From Bacteroidia bacterium (GTDB lineage Bacteria; Bacteroidota; Bacteroidia; NS11-12g; UBA9320), in NCBI GenBank assembly GCA_017857855.1, contig JAFMCI010000002.1, forward strand, positions 20,727 to 84,726: a stretch of 64,000 nucleotides of DNA, in the 5' to 3' direction. Below, piece by piece: positions 10,097 to 18,987 of this stretch (its first letter is position 1; every line of letters starts with the position of its first letter). A program made the translations under genes and the position numbers. Below the pieces are notes generated by a model. It did not search any database. It worked only from the letters and a program-made list of their open reading frames with translations, and was not told the origin of the DNA.

Positions 10097-11524
10097 ATGA
10101 AAATAAAACACATACTTCTTCTTTCTACAATATGTTTAATTACCTCTTTTTTAGGAGCTTATACATATAAAACGTTTTTTAATACCCCTGAATTTCAAAT
10201 ATCCTACGTTGATAATTCTACACCCTACAAACGGGTAAATAATGCAGCAATAGAAAACCTAGAAACTGGTTTTATTACCGCATCAAAGTCAAGTACATCG
10301 AGCGTGGTTTTTATCAAAACAGAATCGCAACAATATCAATCCAGCGGATTTTGGGGATTTGGATTTGATCCATTTGGAAGAATTGGCAAGGTTGCCAGCA
10401 CTGGCTCTGGCGTCATTATGTCAGAAGATGGCTATATTATTACTAACCAACACGTTATTGCTAATGCTGAGAAGATTCAGGTTGTATTAAGTGACAGTAA
10501 AAAAACGTATAACGCTATACTTATTGGGACTGATCCAAGCAGTGATCTTGCACTACTTAAAGTAGAAGCCAAAGGATTAGCACCCATCATATTTGCCAAT
10601 TCAGACGAGGTAGAAATCGGACAATGGGTACTCGCTGTGGGCAACCCATTTAACCTTACCAGCACAGTAACAGCTGGAATAGTCAGTGCTAAAGGACGAA
10701 ATATTAATATTTTAGACAACCAATTTCCCATAGAATCATTTATACAAACTGACGCTGTAATTAATCCAGGAAATAGCGGTGGCGCACTTGTAAACCTGAG
10801 TGGCGAGTTAGTTGGCATAAATACAGCTATAGCCAGTAAAACAGGCAGTTATGTGGGTTATGGATTTGCTATACCCAGTAATATTGTAGCAAAAACTATT
10901 GACGATATTAAAAATTATGGCGAAGTTCAACGAGGTTTCTTAGGCATAGAAGTAGTGGATGTAGATGGTGAAATGACGGAAAAACTAGGTGGCAAAAACG
11001 GAGTACTAATCAAAAGAATTACTGGAACAAATGCTGCGGCTGACGGTAAGCTGGAAGCTGGGGACTTAATAATCCGTGTCGACGGAAAATTAATAGACAG
11101 CAAAGCTACTTACGATGAGAGAATAGCTTATTTAAGACCTGGTGATATCGCCAAACTAGAAATTCTTAGAGATAATGAAACGAAGTCCTTCAATATCGCC
11201 TTAGTCAATAAAGAAGGAAATACCAAATTATTAAAAAAAGAAAGTGTAATCAGTGAAACTTTAGGCGGTGAATTTGAGCTAATATCTAAATTGGAACGTG
11301 ATTCTTATCGAATTCCAAATGGCATAAAAGTAAGCAATGTATCAACGGGAAAATTAAGACAAATGGGCATTGATAACGGGTTTATTTTCGTAAAAGTAAA
11401 CGGCAAGGCAGCGGATGACGTTTATGATTTAATACAATTACTTGAAACTATTAAAGGTCAAGTTAGAGTAGAAGGCGTTACCTCCAATGGCACAAGTCAA
11501 TACCTAAGTTTTACATTTAGATAG
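10097..11524 (+). CDS. HtrA/DegP-family periplasmic serine protease with PDZ domains
   Basis: Triad contexts 'TNQHV', 'DLALLK' and 'GNSGGAL'. Two PDZ-like segments lie C-terminal. Confidence 0.9.
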   Translation: MKIKHILLLSTICLITSFLGAYTYKTFFNTPEFQISYVDNSTPYKRVNNAAIENLETGFITASKSSTSSVVFIKTESQQYQSSGFWGFGFDPFGRIGKVASTGSGVIMSEDGYIITNQHVIANAEKIQVVLSDSKKTYNAILIGTDPSSDLALLKVEAKGLAPIIFANSDEVEIGQWVLAVGNPFNLTSTVTAGIVSAKGRNINILDNQFPIESFIQTDAVINPGNSGGALVNLSGELVGINTAIASKTGSYVGYGFAIPSNIVAKTIDDIKNYGEVQRGFLGIEVVDVDGEMTEKLGGKNGVLIKRITGTNAAADGKLEAGDLIIRVDGKLIDSKATYDERIAYLRPGDIAKLEILRDNETKSFNIALVNKEGNTKLLKKESVISETLGGEFELISKLERDSYRIPNGIKVSNVSTGKLRQMGIDNGFIFVKVNGKAADDVYDLIQLLETIKGQVRVEGVTSNGTSQYLSFTFR

Positions 11525-11560
11525 ATATAGATTAGAAAATACAACGAGATAAACGTCTAA

Positions 11561-11881
11561 TCAAAATGTTAGTTCTTCGAACGCCCCTTGAAGTTCTCCT
11601 TGAGCATGTCGTTGATTTAAACGTTTAGTGATGGCTATTCCTTGTTTATAAATAGATTCAGCTAATAAGTCTTCACCGATTCGTTCATACAATTTACCTA
11701 AATGGTAATAGGTTGCATAGTATTCTGGTTGTTCATTTACTAGCATCAGAAATAATTTCAATGCACTTGTATCTTGTCCTAGTGAAACATATTCAGTAGC
11801 AAGTGCATAACTCAAAAAAGGGTCGTTGGGGGTATCCTTTAAAAATGTTTTTATCTGCTCAATTCTCTCGTTGTTAGCCAT
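11561..11881 (-). CDS. Small tetratricopeptide-repeat protein
   Basis: 106 aa with TPR-like helices ('YYHLGKLYERIGE', 'AESIYKQGIAI'). Confidence 0.55.
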   Translation of the reverse strand: MANNERIEQIKTFLKDTPNDPFLSYALATEYVSLGQDTSALKLFLMLVNEQPEYYATYYHLGKLYERIGEDLLAESIYKQGIAITKRLNQRHAQGELQGAFEELTF

Positions 11882-11936
11882 TTATTTGGTCAATTAATTG
11901 TATTTTCGCACCTCAATTTTAATACATTTTTTTTAA

Positions 11937-12674
11937 ATGAAGATATTAGTTTGTGTTAGCGTAGTACCAGATACTACCACAAAAATCACATTTACCGACG
12001 GTAATACCCAATTTAATAAAACGGGAGTTCAGTTTATAATAAACCCTTATGATGAGTTAGCGCTTACCAGAGCTCTTGATATAACAGAACCTATTGGTGG
12101 AACCGTTACGGTAATAACCGTTGGAGAAGCAGACACGGAGCCTGTTATACGAAAAGCACTTGCTATGGGCGCAACTGACGCTATACGTGTTGATGCAAAT
12201 CCTAGTGATGGAATGTACGTCGCAGCTCAAATAGCCGAACAAGCTAAATCTGGTGAATATGACATGATTTTAACTGGACGAGAGTCCATTGATTATAATG
12301 GTGGTCAGGTACAAGGGCTTATTGCCGAAATGTTAAACTGGCCCTTAATCAATGTGGCGATGGAACTTGATGTTACCGATAAAAAAGTTACCGCTGTTCG
12401 TGATATTGACGGAGGAAGAGAAACAATAAGTGTAAACACTCCTGTTGTGGTAAGTGCCCAAAAAGATTTGTGTGAACCTCGTATTCCTAACATGCGTGGC
12501 ATTATGATGGCTAGAAGCAAACCACTTAACGTGGTAAGCGCAGAGGATAAATATAACTACACTTCAGTAAATAAGTACGATCTACCACCGGCAAAAAGCG
12601 GTGTAAAAATGATAGACGCTGCAAATGCAGAAGAACTTATTGACTTATTACATAACACAGAAAAATTATTTTAG
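11937..12674 (+). CDS. etfB: Electron transfer flavoprotein beta subunit
   Basis: 'MKILVCVSVVPDTTTKI...NPYDELALTRAL' matches the ETF-beta family. It sits directly upstream of etfA. Confidence 0.9.
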   Translation: MKILVCVSVVPDTTTKITFTDGNTQFNKTGVQFIINPYDELALTRALDITEPIGGTVTVITVGEADTEPVIRKALAMGATDAIRVDANPSDGMYVAAQIAEQAKSGEYDMILTGRESIDYNGGQVQGLIAEMLNWPLINVAMELDVTDKKVTAVRDIDGGRETISVNTPVVVSAQKDLCEPRIPNMRGIMMARSKPLNVVSAEDKYNYTSVNKYDLPPAKSGVKMIDAANAEELIDLLHNTEKLF

Positions 12675-12678
12675 GATT

Positions 12679-13641
12679 ATGGCAGTAATAGTATACGCAG
12701 AGAGCGATAACGGAATTTATAAAAAATCAAGTTTTGAGGCAATCACATATGGTAAAGATTTAGCTAATCAGTTAGGATCTACCTGTATTGCTGTAAGCAT
12801 CGGTAACAAAGGAACTCAAAATCTAGGTTTATACGGAGCGGACAAAGAATTAAATATCTCAGGAGATTTATTTTCGACGTTTAACCCTCAAGCTTACGCC
12901 AAAGCACTCAGTGAAGTGGTGAGTGCTGAAAGCGGAGAAACGGTGATTATTTCACAAACTTATAATGGCAAATCTATTGCACCATTATTGGCTGTTAAAC
13001 AAGATGCGGCGCTGGTAACAGGTATTGTAGACATGGTTGATACTACGGCTGGATTTAGTGTCAAAAAAACCTGCTTTTCTAGCAAGGCAATTGGCCATAT
13101 TAATGTAAATCATCCTAAAAGAGTGCTTACGCTTATACCTAATTCTTACAAAATAACTGAGGGAGGAAAGGACATCAGTTATGAAACGGTTAGTACTTCG
13201 GTATCTGCGAGTGACATAAATACCACAATTGTATCAACAGATAAGGTTACGGGTAAAATACCATTAACAGAGGCTGAATTAGTTGTATCTGCGGGTAGAG
13301 GTCTGAAAGGTCCAGAAAATTGGAATATGATAGAGGAGTTAGCCGACGTACTCGGAGCTGCTACTGCGTGTTCTAAGCCTGTAAGCGATATTGGATGGAG
13401 ACCTCATAGTGAGCACGTAGGACAAACAGGTATAACCATAAAGCCAAATCTATATATTGCAGCGGGAATTTCTGGCGCAATACAGCATTTAGCGGGAGTA
13501 GGTAGCAGTAAAGTGATTTGCGTTATCAACACAGATCCTGAAGCACCTTTCTTCAAAGCCGCAGATTACGGAATTGTTGGAGATGTATTTGACGTGTTGC
13601 CTAAATTAATAAAACGCGCCAAAGAAATTAAAGGCGCCTAA
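12679..13641 (+). CDS. etfA: Electron transfer flavoprotein alpha subunit
   Basis: The ATG at 12679 gives 'MAVIVYAE...'. The C-terminal FAD-binding region is 'VGQTG...YIAAGISGAIQHLAG'. The ORF-track upstream extension overlaps etfB. Confidence 0.9.
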   Translation: MAVIVYAESDNGIYKKSSFEAITYGKDLANQLGSTCIAVSIGNKGTQNLGLYGADKELNISGDLFSTFNPQAYAKALSEVVSAESGETVIISQTYNGKSIAPLLAVKQDAALVTGIVDMVDTTAGFSVKKTCFSSKAIGHINVNHPKRVLTLIPNSYKITEGGKDISYETVSTSVSASDINTTIVSTDKVTGKIPLTEAELVVSAGRGLKGPENWNMIEELADVLGAATACSKPVSDIGWRPHSEHVGQTGITIKPNLYIAAGISGAIQHLAGVGSSKVICVINTDPEAPFFKAADYGIVGDVFDVLPKLIKRAKEIKGA

Positions 13642-13670
13642 CTTAATAAACCAAAACTGACTCAAATATT

Positions 13671-14261
13671 ATGGGTGGTGAAAAAATAGAACTAAATATA
13701 GTAGGATTAACTTCTGGTCACTCACAAAGAAATAGCTACACCTTAATATTAGGTCAAGAAGACGGAAACTTAAAACTACCCGTAGTCATTGGAAGCTACG
13801 AGGCTCAATCTATAGCACTAATCATTGAAGGACTCACTCCGCAGAGACCCTTAACACATGACTTGATGTATGACGCAATGGATAAATACAACATCCTTAT
13901 TAAGGAAGTTGTTATTGACCAACTAAAAGAAGGCGTTTTTTATGCTAAAATAATAACTGAGCAAAACGGTGTGGAATTTGCCATCGATTCTAGAACGTCT
14001 GACGCAGTGGCGATGTCTCTTCGCGCTAAATGTCCTATTTACACCTTTAAGTCTATATTAGATGACGCAGGGATCATTTACGACAACGAGGATGAAGATG
14101 ATGCAGAGCACATTAATGATATTAAACCTAAAATTGATTCTGCTAATAGTTTCAATAAGATGTCTCTTAATGAGTTAAATACTGAACTAGAGAGAGCAAT
14201 TCAAGTAGAGGATTATGATAGGGCAGCCGTTTTAAGAGACGAAATTAATTCAAGATCTTAA
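13671..14261 (+). CDS. Bifunctional nuclease (DUF151) family protein with a C-terminal UVR motif
   Basis: 'LPVVIGSYEAQSIALIIEG...RPLTHDL' is the DUF151 core. C-terminal 'ELERAIQVEDYDRAAVLRDEI' resembles the UvrB/UvrC motif. Confidence 0.7.
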   Translation: MGGEKIELNIVGLTSGHSQRNSYTLILGQEDGNLKLPVVIGSYEAQSIALIIEGLTPQRPLTHDLMYDAMDKYNILIKEVVIDQLKEGVFYAKIITEQNGVEFAIDSRTSDAVAMSLRAKCPIYTFKSILDDAGIIYDNEDEDDAEHINDIKPKIDSANSFNKMSLNELNTELERAIQVEDYDRAAVLRDEINSRS

Positions 14262-14284
14262 TAGAACACTTACCATTTAATGCA

Positions 14285-14320
14285 TAAAAAAAGGGATGTT
14301 AATTGTACATCCCTTTTTTT
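14285..14320. terminator. Bidirectional rho-independent terminator
   Basis: A-run, then stem GGGATGT/ACATCCC, then T-run, between convergent genes. Confidence 0.75.
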
Positions 14321-14337
14321 GTGCCCTTTGATTAATT

Positions 14338-17300
14338 CTAGTTGATTATCAATTTATGCACCGATGGAATTCCATTTAACTCTAGATTTAGCATATAAAT
14401 TCCAGTACTTAGCATACTTACATCTATTCTACCTTTCCCTGTTGCATATTGAGTAATCAAATTCTTGCCTTGGATATCAGATAGTGTAAATCTCAGTTTA
14501 TCATTGACTTCTGATTCTATCACGACATGACTACTGCTCGGGTTTGGATAAATCTTAAGTTTTGATGTATTAAATAATTGGATAGAATTTGATTTCCCAG
14601 GTAAAATTAAAGTTATAGCAGAAGTTTTATCAACCTCATTTTCGCCATAACCAACCGTTATGCTATTTGTTATTTTCACAGCATTTATAAGTTTAAAATC
14701 ATCAATATACCAGCCATCTTCAGCGGCAGCGCCATCACTGGCAAATCGAAATCTAATATTAATAGTTTGATTTTCGAATGATGTTAAATTCAATATGGAT
14801 TCAATAAAACCTCCTGAATTTCCGGTAAACGCATCTCTACCTGAAATCGCACTAGCTGGATTACTTTGAATAATCTTATTATACCCATTTTTAGTGAAGT
14901 ATGGCCCCGCATCAAACCAAGTCGAGCCATCTGTTTGAATTTCAATTACTCCACCATCCCATCCATCTTCGGAATTTATCCAATGCCTAAATGAAAAACT
15001 AGGCGAATTTAAATTTGTCAAGTCAAGTTCTCGAGCAAGATACAGATCAGTTGATATTTCTGCGTTTGTTACTTTCCAAACCGCATTAGATATTGTAAGA
15101 TTAACTATTTGCCAGTCTTCTCCTGAGCCAGCAGAAGTTACCTTCCAATCCCCTACTCCATTTTCCGTATAATCCTCCCAAACGCTTGAAGACGCATTTG
15201 CAAAATTCGGTATTACATTAAACCTACAAATGAACGAATCTCCTGAAGCAATGCTATCTATTAATACGGTAATTATTCCATTAGACTCAGTCCCGCAGTT
15301 TAATGATGCTGTCACTAAACTTGCATCTTTACTTAATGTATCCTTAATTTGAATATTACCAATAGTTTGCCTAGTCTTGTTATACAAAGCAATCGTATAG
15401 GTTAACTCTTCTCCATTGGAAACACTCTCTGCGGCTGTCTTTTTAATTTGTAACTTATTTTTAAGGTACGGCGGTATATCAAATGCTTCACTTCCGTCAC
15501 TTCTATCGTCAGAACTCCCTTGAACAGCGCTGTAGCCTAGTCCTCTTCTGGAAAATGAACTCCATATGAGTAACTCATTATCACCCCCATTGGCATTTTT
15601 GTCTGCAAGTATTATAGCATCTCTAGCATCTGAAAAACCAGGGTTACATGGTTGTAATTTCATTCCGTCTATGACTAACTGCATAGTCTTATTATTACCT
15701 CCTGTTCCGTTATAAATATCACTATCATAACCGTATTTATCAATCATAACCCAGTATAAATCCCAGAGCATAGAGCACCATACTGAACCCACACCGTGAG
15801 GTACAGAAAACGACTTAATATCATCATATGAATAAGGACTCCTGTTTATATCAGCTGAATAAGGATAATTTCTTATGCCTCTACCATTTGTAGGCATATC
15901 GACTACATAGGTTCCTATACCCCTCAGTTTGTTGGCAGAATCATTAGGTTGATGGGTCATGACAAGTGAAAAGAAGTCGCTCCAACCTTCTCCCATTTGT
16001 TCTTCATTAGATAGACAACTGCTGTTAGATGCTCCACCAGTGAGGCGCGTTGAAATACCGTGGCCATATTCATGGGCAATCACTCCATTATCAAAATCAC
16101 TATCGAATGTATTTGAGGACACATCACTAGAATCATACAAACTGACATTTACATCCTGAACAGTCATTACATCCAATATAGCGAGACCATCTGATTGCGA
16201 GATATGTACAGAAGGAATGTTGATACCAACGTTTGTTCCGCCCATTACAATAGGGTTGTTATCATCACTGTAAATAACAACTGCGATTGCACCTGCATCT
16301 TGTGCATTTTCTACTTTTAAACTAAAATTACATCCTTTTCTTCTTATCAAAGCTATGTTTCCTGAAAGTGCAGAGGCGTTTGTCAAGGCGTTACATCCTT
16401 GATCTCCGTTTGCAGTTCCATCATCTACCAAAACCAACTTGCCTGTTACTGGAATTGATGTTAGCGCAGGCCCAAAACTAGCGACATTAGCACTGTATTT
16501 ACCTTTAATGCTATTAGGAGAATTGACACAAAAGTAATCTCCGGGTGATGCAGATTTCCAGATATACATTTGCATGCGCGGATTGTTTCCGTCGGGAGGG
16601 GTAGCAAAATTAGCATTATTAGTACCACTTCCATCTTGGGCATCCGCTTGCACGTAGTCGCCACCGAGACCACTATTTCCGTAATTATTGCTTTGAAAGT
16701 TTCCAGATTCCTCGTCGAATCCGTAATGCCACCATACATCGTGCATTACATTATTCCAATAAAATAGGTTGGTTATTGCGGCATCTAAGTATAATTCAGG
16801 ACTTTTACTGCTGTCAAAATTATGATTAAAAGTAAGTGTACTTCCTCCATTGGGACTATAGCCTGGTACATTTGAATTATTCTTGTCATCACTTGCGTAA
16901 ACATTGTTACCTCTTGTTATCGTATACTCCTCTCCCGAGGATCCATCTGTATCGTGCCAGCCGTATGGAGAGGCTTGAGCATCTTCAGGACTAGTGACAA
17001 CGCTACGACTGCCATGGTTTGGACTTTCCACAGGAAACGCAAAAACATGGTATGAAGCAGTTGAAGTAGTTTTATTTATAGCTTGTAAATCTGTATTTAT
17101 AGGAGTATTACTTAAATATTTACTTGAACTGCCATTTCTTCCTAAGTGTGTCAGATTACAATGTGCTACCCAATCATTTTGATCAATGATTGCTCCTGTC
17201 AAACCATTTATTCTGGTATTAAACCAATGTTTATGATCTATATTATAAATGGAAACGTCATAAGCAGGAAATCCGTTTTTTCCTAAAATAACCCAAATTT

Positions 17301-17748
17301 TATTGACCTTAATAGGACGATCACTCAATAAGGGATCTACTATAACACATTCTTTTTCATCATTACTTACAACCTTGAAAGAAGTAGAGAATTTTGGGGG
17401 GGCAACTCTCCTAATAGCCTCCGCTGGGGTTAAACTATATTCATAATTTTGGATAAAGGATTCTGCATTCAGTATAAACTTGTGGTTTACGTTGATCACT
17501 ACAAGGTCTTTAATCGTTATGTTAAATTCAGTCTTGTAAATAGGAATATTATTGATAGTCTGTTTACCATAATATATAGTCACGTTTCCAGAACTCTTTA
17601 CTTTATTGGTAATGATATATGTGGGAGAATACCCTTTCTGCTTATAAATAGATTGAATACGTTCATTAACAATTTGTTCTTGTGGAGGAAGTGAAGCGAA
17701 AGAAACAGCGCTCAAAGCGATGAGCGCAAGTAGTAATACTTTTTTCAT
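14338..17748 (-). CDS. Secreted M36 (fungalysin-type) zinc metalloprotease with PA-domain insert, extra beta-rich domains and a T9SS C-terminal sorting domain
   Basis: Signal peptide. 'HEYGHGIS' with downstream 'GEGWSDF' are the M36 zinc ligands. PA-like segment 'GNIALIRRKGCNFSLKVENAQDAGAIAVVIY'. C-terminus 'YPNPSSSHVVIES...GIYMLNLEL...HKLIIN' is a type A CTD. Confidence 0.8.
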   Translation of the reverse strand: MKKVLLLALIALSAVSFASLPPQEQIVNERIQSIYKQKGYSPTYIITNKVKSSGNVTIYYGKQTINNIPIYKTEFNITIKDLVVINVNHKFILNAESFIQNYEYSLTPAEAIRRVAPPKFSTSFKVVSNDEKECVIVDPLLSDRPIKVNKIWVILGKNGFPAYDVSIYNIDHKHWFNTRINGLTGAIIDQNDWVAHCNLTHLGRNGSSSKYLSNTPINTDLQAINKTTSTASYHVFAFPVESPNHGSRSVVTSPEDAQASPYGWHDTDGSSGEEYTITRGNNVYASDDKNNSNVPGYSPNGGSTLTFNHNFDSSKSPELYLDAAITNLFYWNNVMHDVWWHYGFDEESGNFQSNNYGNSGLGGDYVQADAQDGSGTNNANFATPPDGNNPRMQMYIWKSASPGDYFCVNSPNSIKGKYSANVASFGPALTSIPVTGKLVLVDDGTANGDQGCNALTNASALSGNIALIRRKGCNFSLKVENAQDAGAIAVVIYSDDNNPIVMGGTNVGINIPSVHISQSDGLAILDVMTVQDVNVSLYDSSDVSSNTFDSDFDNGVIAHEYGHGISTRLTGGASNSSCLSNEEQMGEGWSDFFSLVMTHQPNDSANKLRGIGTYVVDMPTNGRGIRNYPYSADINRSPYSYDDIKSFSVPHGVGSVWCSMLWDLYWVMIDKYGYDSDIYNGTGGNNKTMQLVIDGMKLQPCNPGFSDARDAIILADKNANGGDNELLIWSSFSRRGLGYSAVQGSSDDRSDGSEAFDIPPYLKNKLQIKKTAAESVSNGEELTYTIALYNKTRQTIGNIQIKDTLSKDASLVTASLNCGTESNGIITVLIDSIASGDSFICRFNVIPNFANASSSVWEDYTENGVGDWKVTSAGSGEDWQIVNLTISNAVWKVTNAEISTDLYLARELDLTNLNSPSFSFRHWINSEDGWDGGVIEIQTDGSTWFDAGPYFTKNGYNKIIQSNPASAISGRDAFTGNSGGFIESILNLTSFENQTINIRFRFASDGAAAEDGWYIDDFKLINAVKITNSITVGYGENEVDKTSAITLILPGKSNSIQLFNTSKLKIYPNPSSSHVVIESEVNDKLRFTLSDIQGKNLITQYATGKGRIDVSMLSTGIYMLNLELNGIPSVHKLIIN

Positions 17749-17794
17749 AAATAGAGATGCAATATATAAATTTAAATCTGTGTAATTTTGAGTT

Positions 17795-18145
17795 TCACCC
17801 TTTCAATTTACTAATGGTCGCTTTTAGTGTATTTAAGCTGACGTCCATAGCTCTTTTTGTTTTTTCTACTTCATTGTACACTGCATCTAATTTAGCTTCT
17901 AATTCAGAAATATATTCTTCATTCGGGCCCTGATTGAACATCTGCCCTTTACCCATAATTAGCCATTCTGAATTTACTTCAGGATATGCGGTTAGAATTT
18001 GCTCTACTGCAGCCAAGCTAACTTTGTTTCTTCCTGAGCCTATGTGTGATAGTATAACTGTGCTTATACCCGTTGCTTTAGAAAAATTTGATCGTGTTGT
18101 TGCTGTTTTTATAATTAACTGCTCTAATCTGTTATTTATGCTCAT
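17795..18145 (-). CDS. XRE-family helix-turn-helix transcriptional regulator with a coiled-coil tail
   Basis: N-terminal HTH 'FSKATGISTVILSHIGSGRNKVSLAAVEQIL' and 'EWLIMGKG'. The C-terminus is helical. Confidence 0.7.
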   Translation of the reverse strand: MSINNRLEQLIIKTATTRSNFSKATGISTVILSHIGSGRNKVSLAAVEQILTAYPEVNSEWLIMGKGQMFNQGPNEEYISELEAKLDAVYNEVEKTKRAMDVSLNTLKATISKLKG

Positions 18146-18148
18146 ACC

Positions 18149-18326
18149 TACATTTGTTAATTGCCGCCTTTTGTCGTTAACAAATGTAAATCAATTAACA
18201 ATTGTTAAAATAACATTTGTTAAACATCTTATTTACAATTAGTAATTTTAGTGCTATTTTTTAGTTTAGATTTTCATTTCAATAACCTCATTAATAGTAT
18301 TTTACGTATAAAATATTAACAATTGT
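18149..18326. promoter_or_regulatory. Array of TTAACAAWTGT motifs: candidate operators and/or face-to-face -7 promoter boxes
   Basis: TACATTTGTTAA (18149-18160) and its exact inverse TTAACAAATGTA (18177-18188). Palindrome TTAACAATTGTTAA (18195-18208). ACATTTGTTAA (18213-18223). TTAACAATTGT (18316-18326). Confidence 0.5.
18181..18188 (-). promoter_or_regulatory. -7 box TACATTTG (minus strand) for the XRE regulator gene
   Basis: Exact TAnnTTTG on the minus strand, 35 nt upstream of the start at 18145. Confidence 0.4.
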
Positions 18327-18372
18327 GGACATCGTGTCAGTATGGCGGTATACCTTCTGAATAAAAGATTTG

Positions 18373-18380
18373 TACATTTG
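18373..18380 (+). promoter_or_regulatory. -7 box TACATTTG
   Basis: Exact TAnnTTTG 18 nt upstream of the ATG at 18399. It lies inside the ORF-track upstream extension. Confidence 0.45.
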
Positions 18381-18398
18381 CTTAGATTAAAAAAACAA

Positions 18399-18935
18399 AT
18401 GAAAAAACAAGACATTATTATACTTTCAGCGGTGATGTTAGCGCTAGTTTTAATTCGGGTATATTTTAACATCCCTAATTTTAATCCCCTCGGTGCTATA
18501 GCCCTAATGGGTGGTGTCCTATTCGGTAGAAACTGGTTGGCTTTCTTAATCCCTGTGAGTGCTTTATTTGTGGGAGATTTATTATTAGCGTCAAATAATG
18601 CTTTAAATCAAGACTATCTTTTCTCGGCTTCGTTCCTTACGGTTTATGCATCTTTTGGGGTAATGATAGCTTTGGGAATGTTATTGGCAAAAAAACCATC
18701 ATTATCTGGCGTGTTAGGCGGGAGTCTTCTTGCTGCAATAGTATTTTTTGCGGTAACTAATGCTGGATCATGGTTCACTTTACCTGAATATCCTAAGACA
18801 TTTAATGGATTAATGGCTGCTTATACAGCTGGCATACCATTCTTTAGAAATACACTAGTAAGTCAAGTACTTTTCAGTATTGGAATTTATGTTGTTTATT
18901 CTTTTGCAACACAGCGTAAGCTCACTTTGGCGTAA
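18399..18935 (+). CDS. Polytopic membrane protein of unknown function
   Basis: About 5 hydrophobic helices. Start moved to the ATG at 18399 ('MKKQDIIILSAV') because a -7 box lies inside the longer ORF. Confidence 0.55.
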   Translation: MKKQDIIILSAVMLALVLIRVYFNIPNFNPLGAIALMGGVLFGRNWLAFLIPVSALFVGDLLLASNNALNQDYLFSASFLTVYASFGVMIALGMLLAKKPSLSGVLGGSLLAAIVFFAVTNAGSWFTLPEYPKTFNGLMAAYTAGIPFFRNTLVSQVLFSIGIYVVYSFATQRKLTLA

Positions 18936-18950
18936 TAAAAATTACACTTT

Positions 18951-18987
18951 AAAAAAAATCCCACTCAAATGAGTGGGATTTTTTTTT
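18951..18987. terminator. Bidirectional rho-independent terminator
   Basis: A-run, then stem ATCCCACTC/GAGTGGGAT, then T-run, between convergent genes. Confidence 0.75.
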
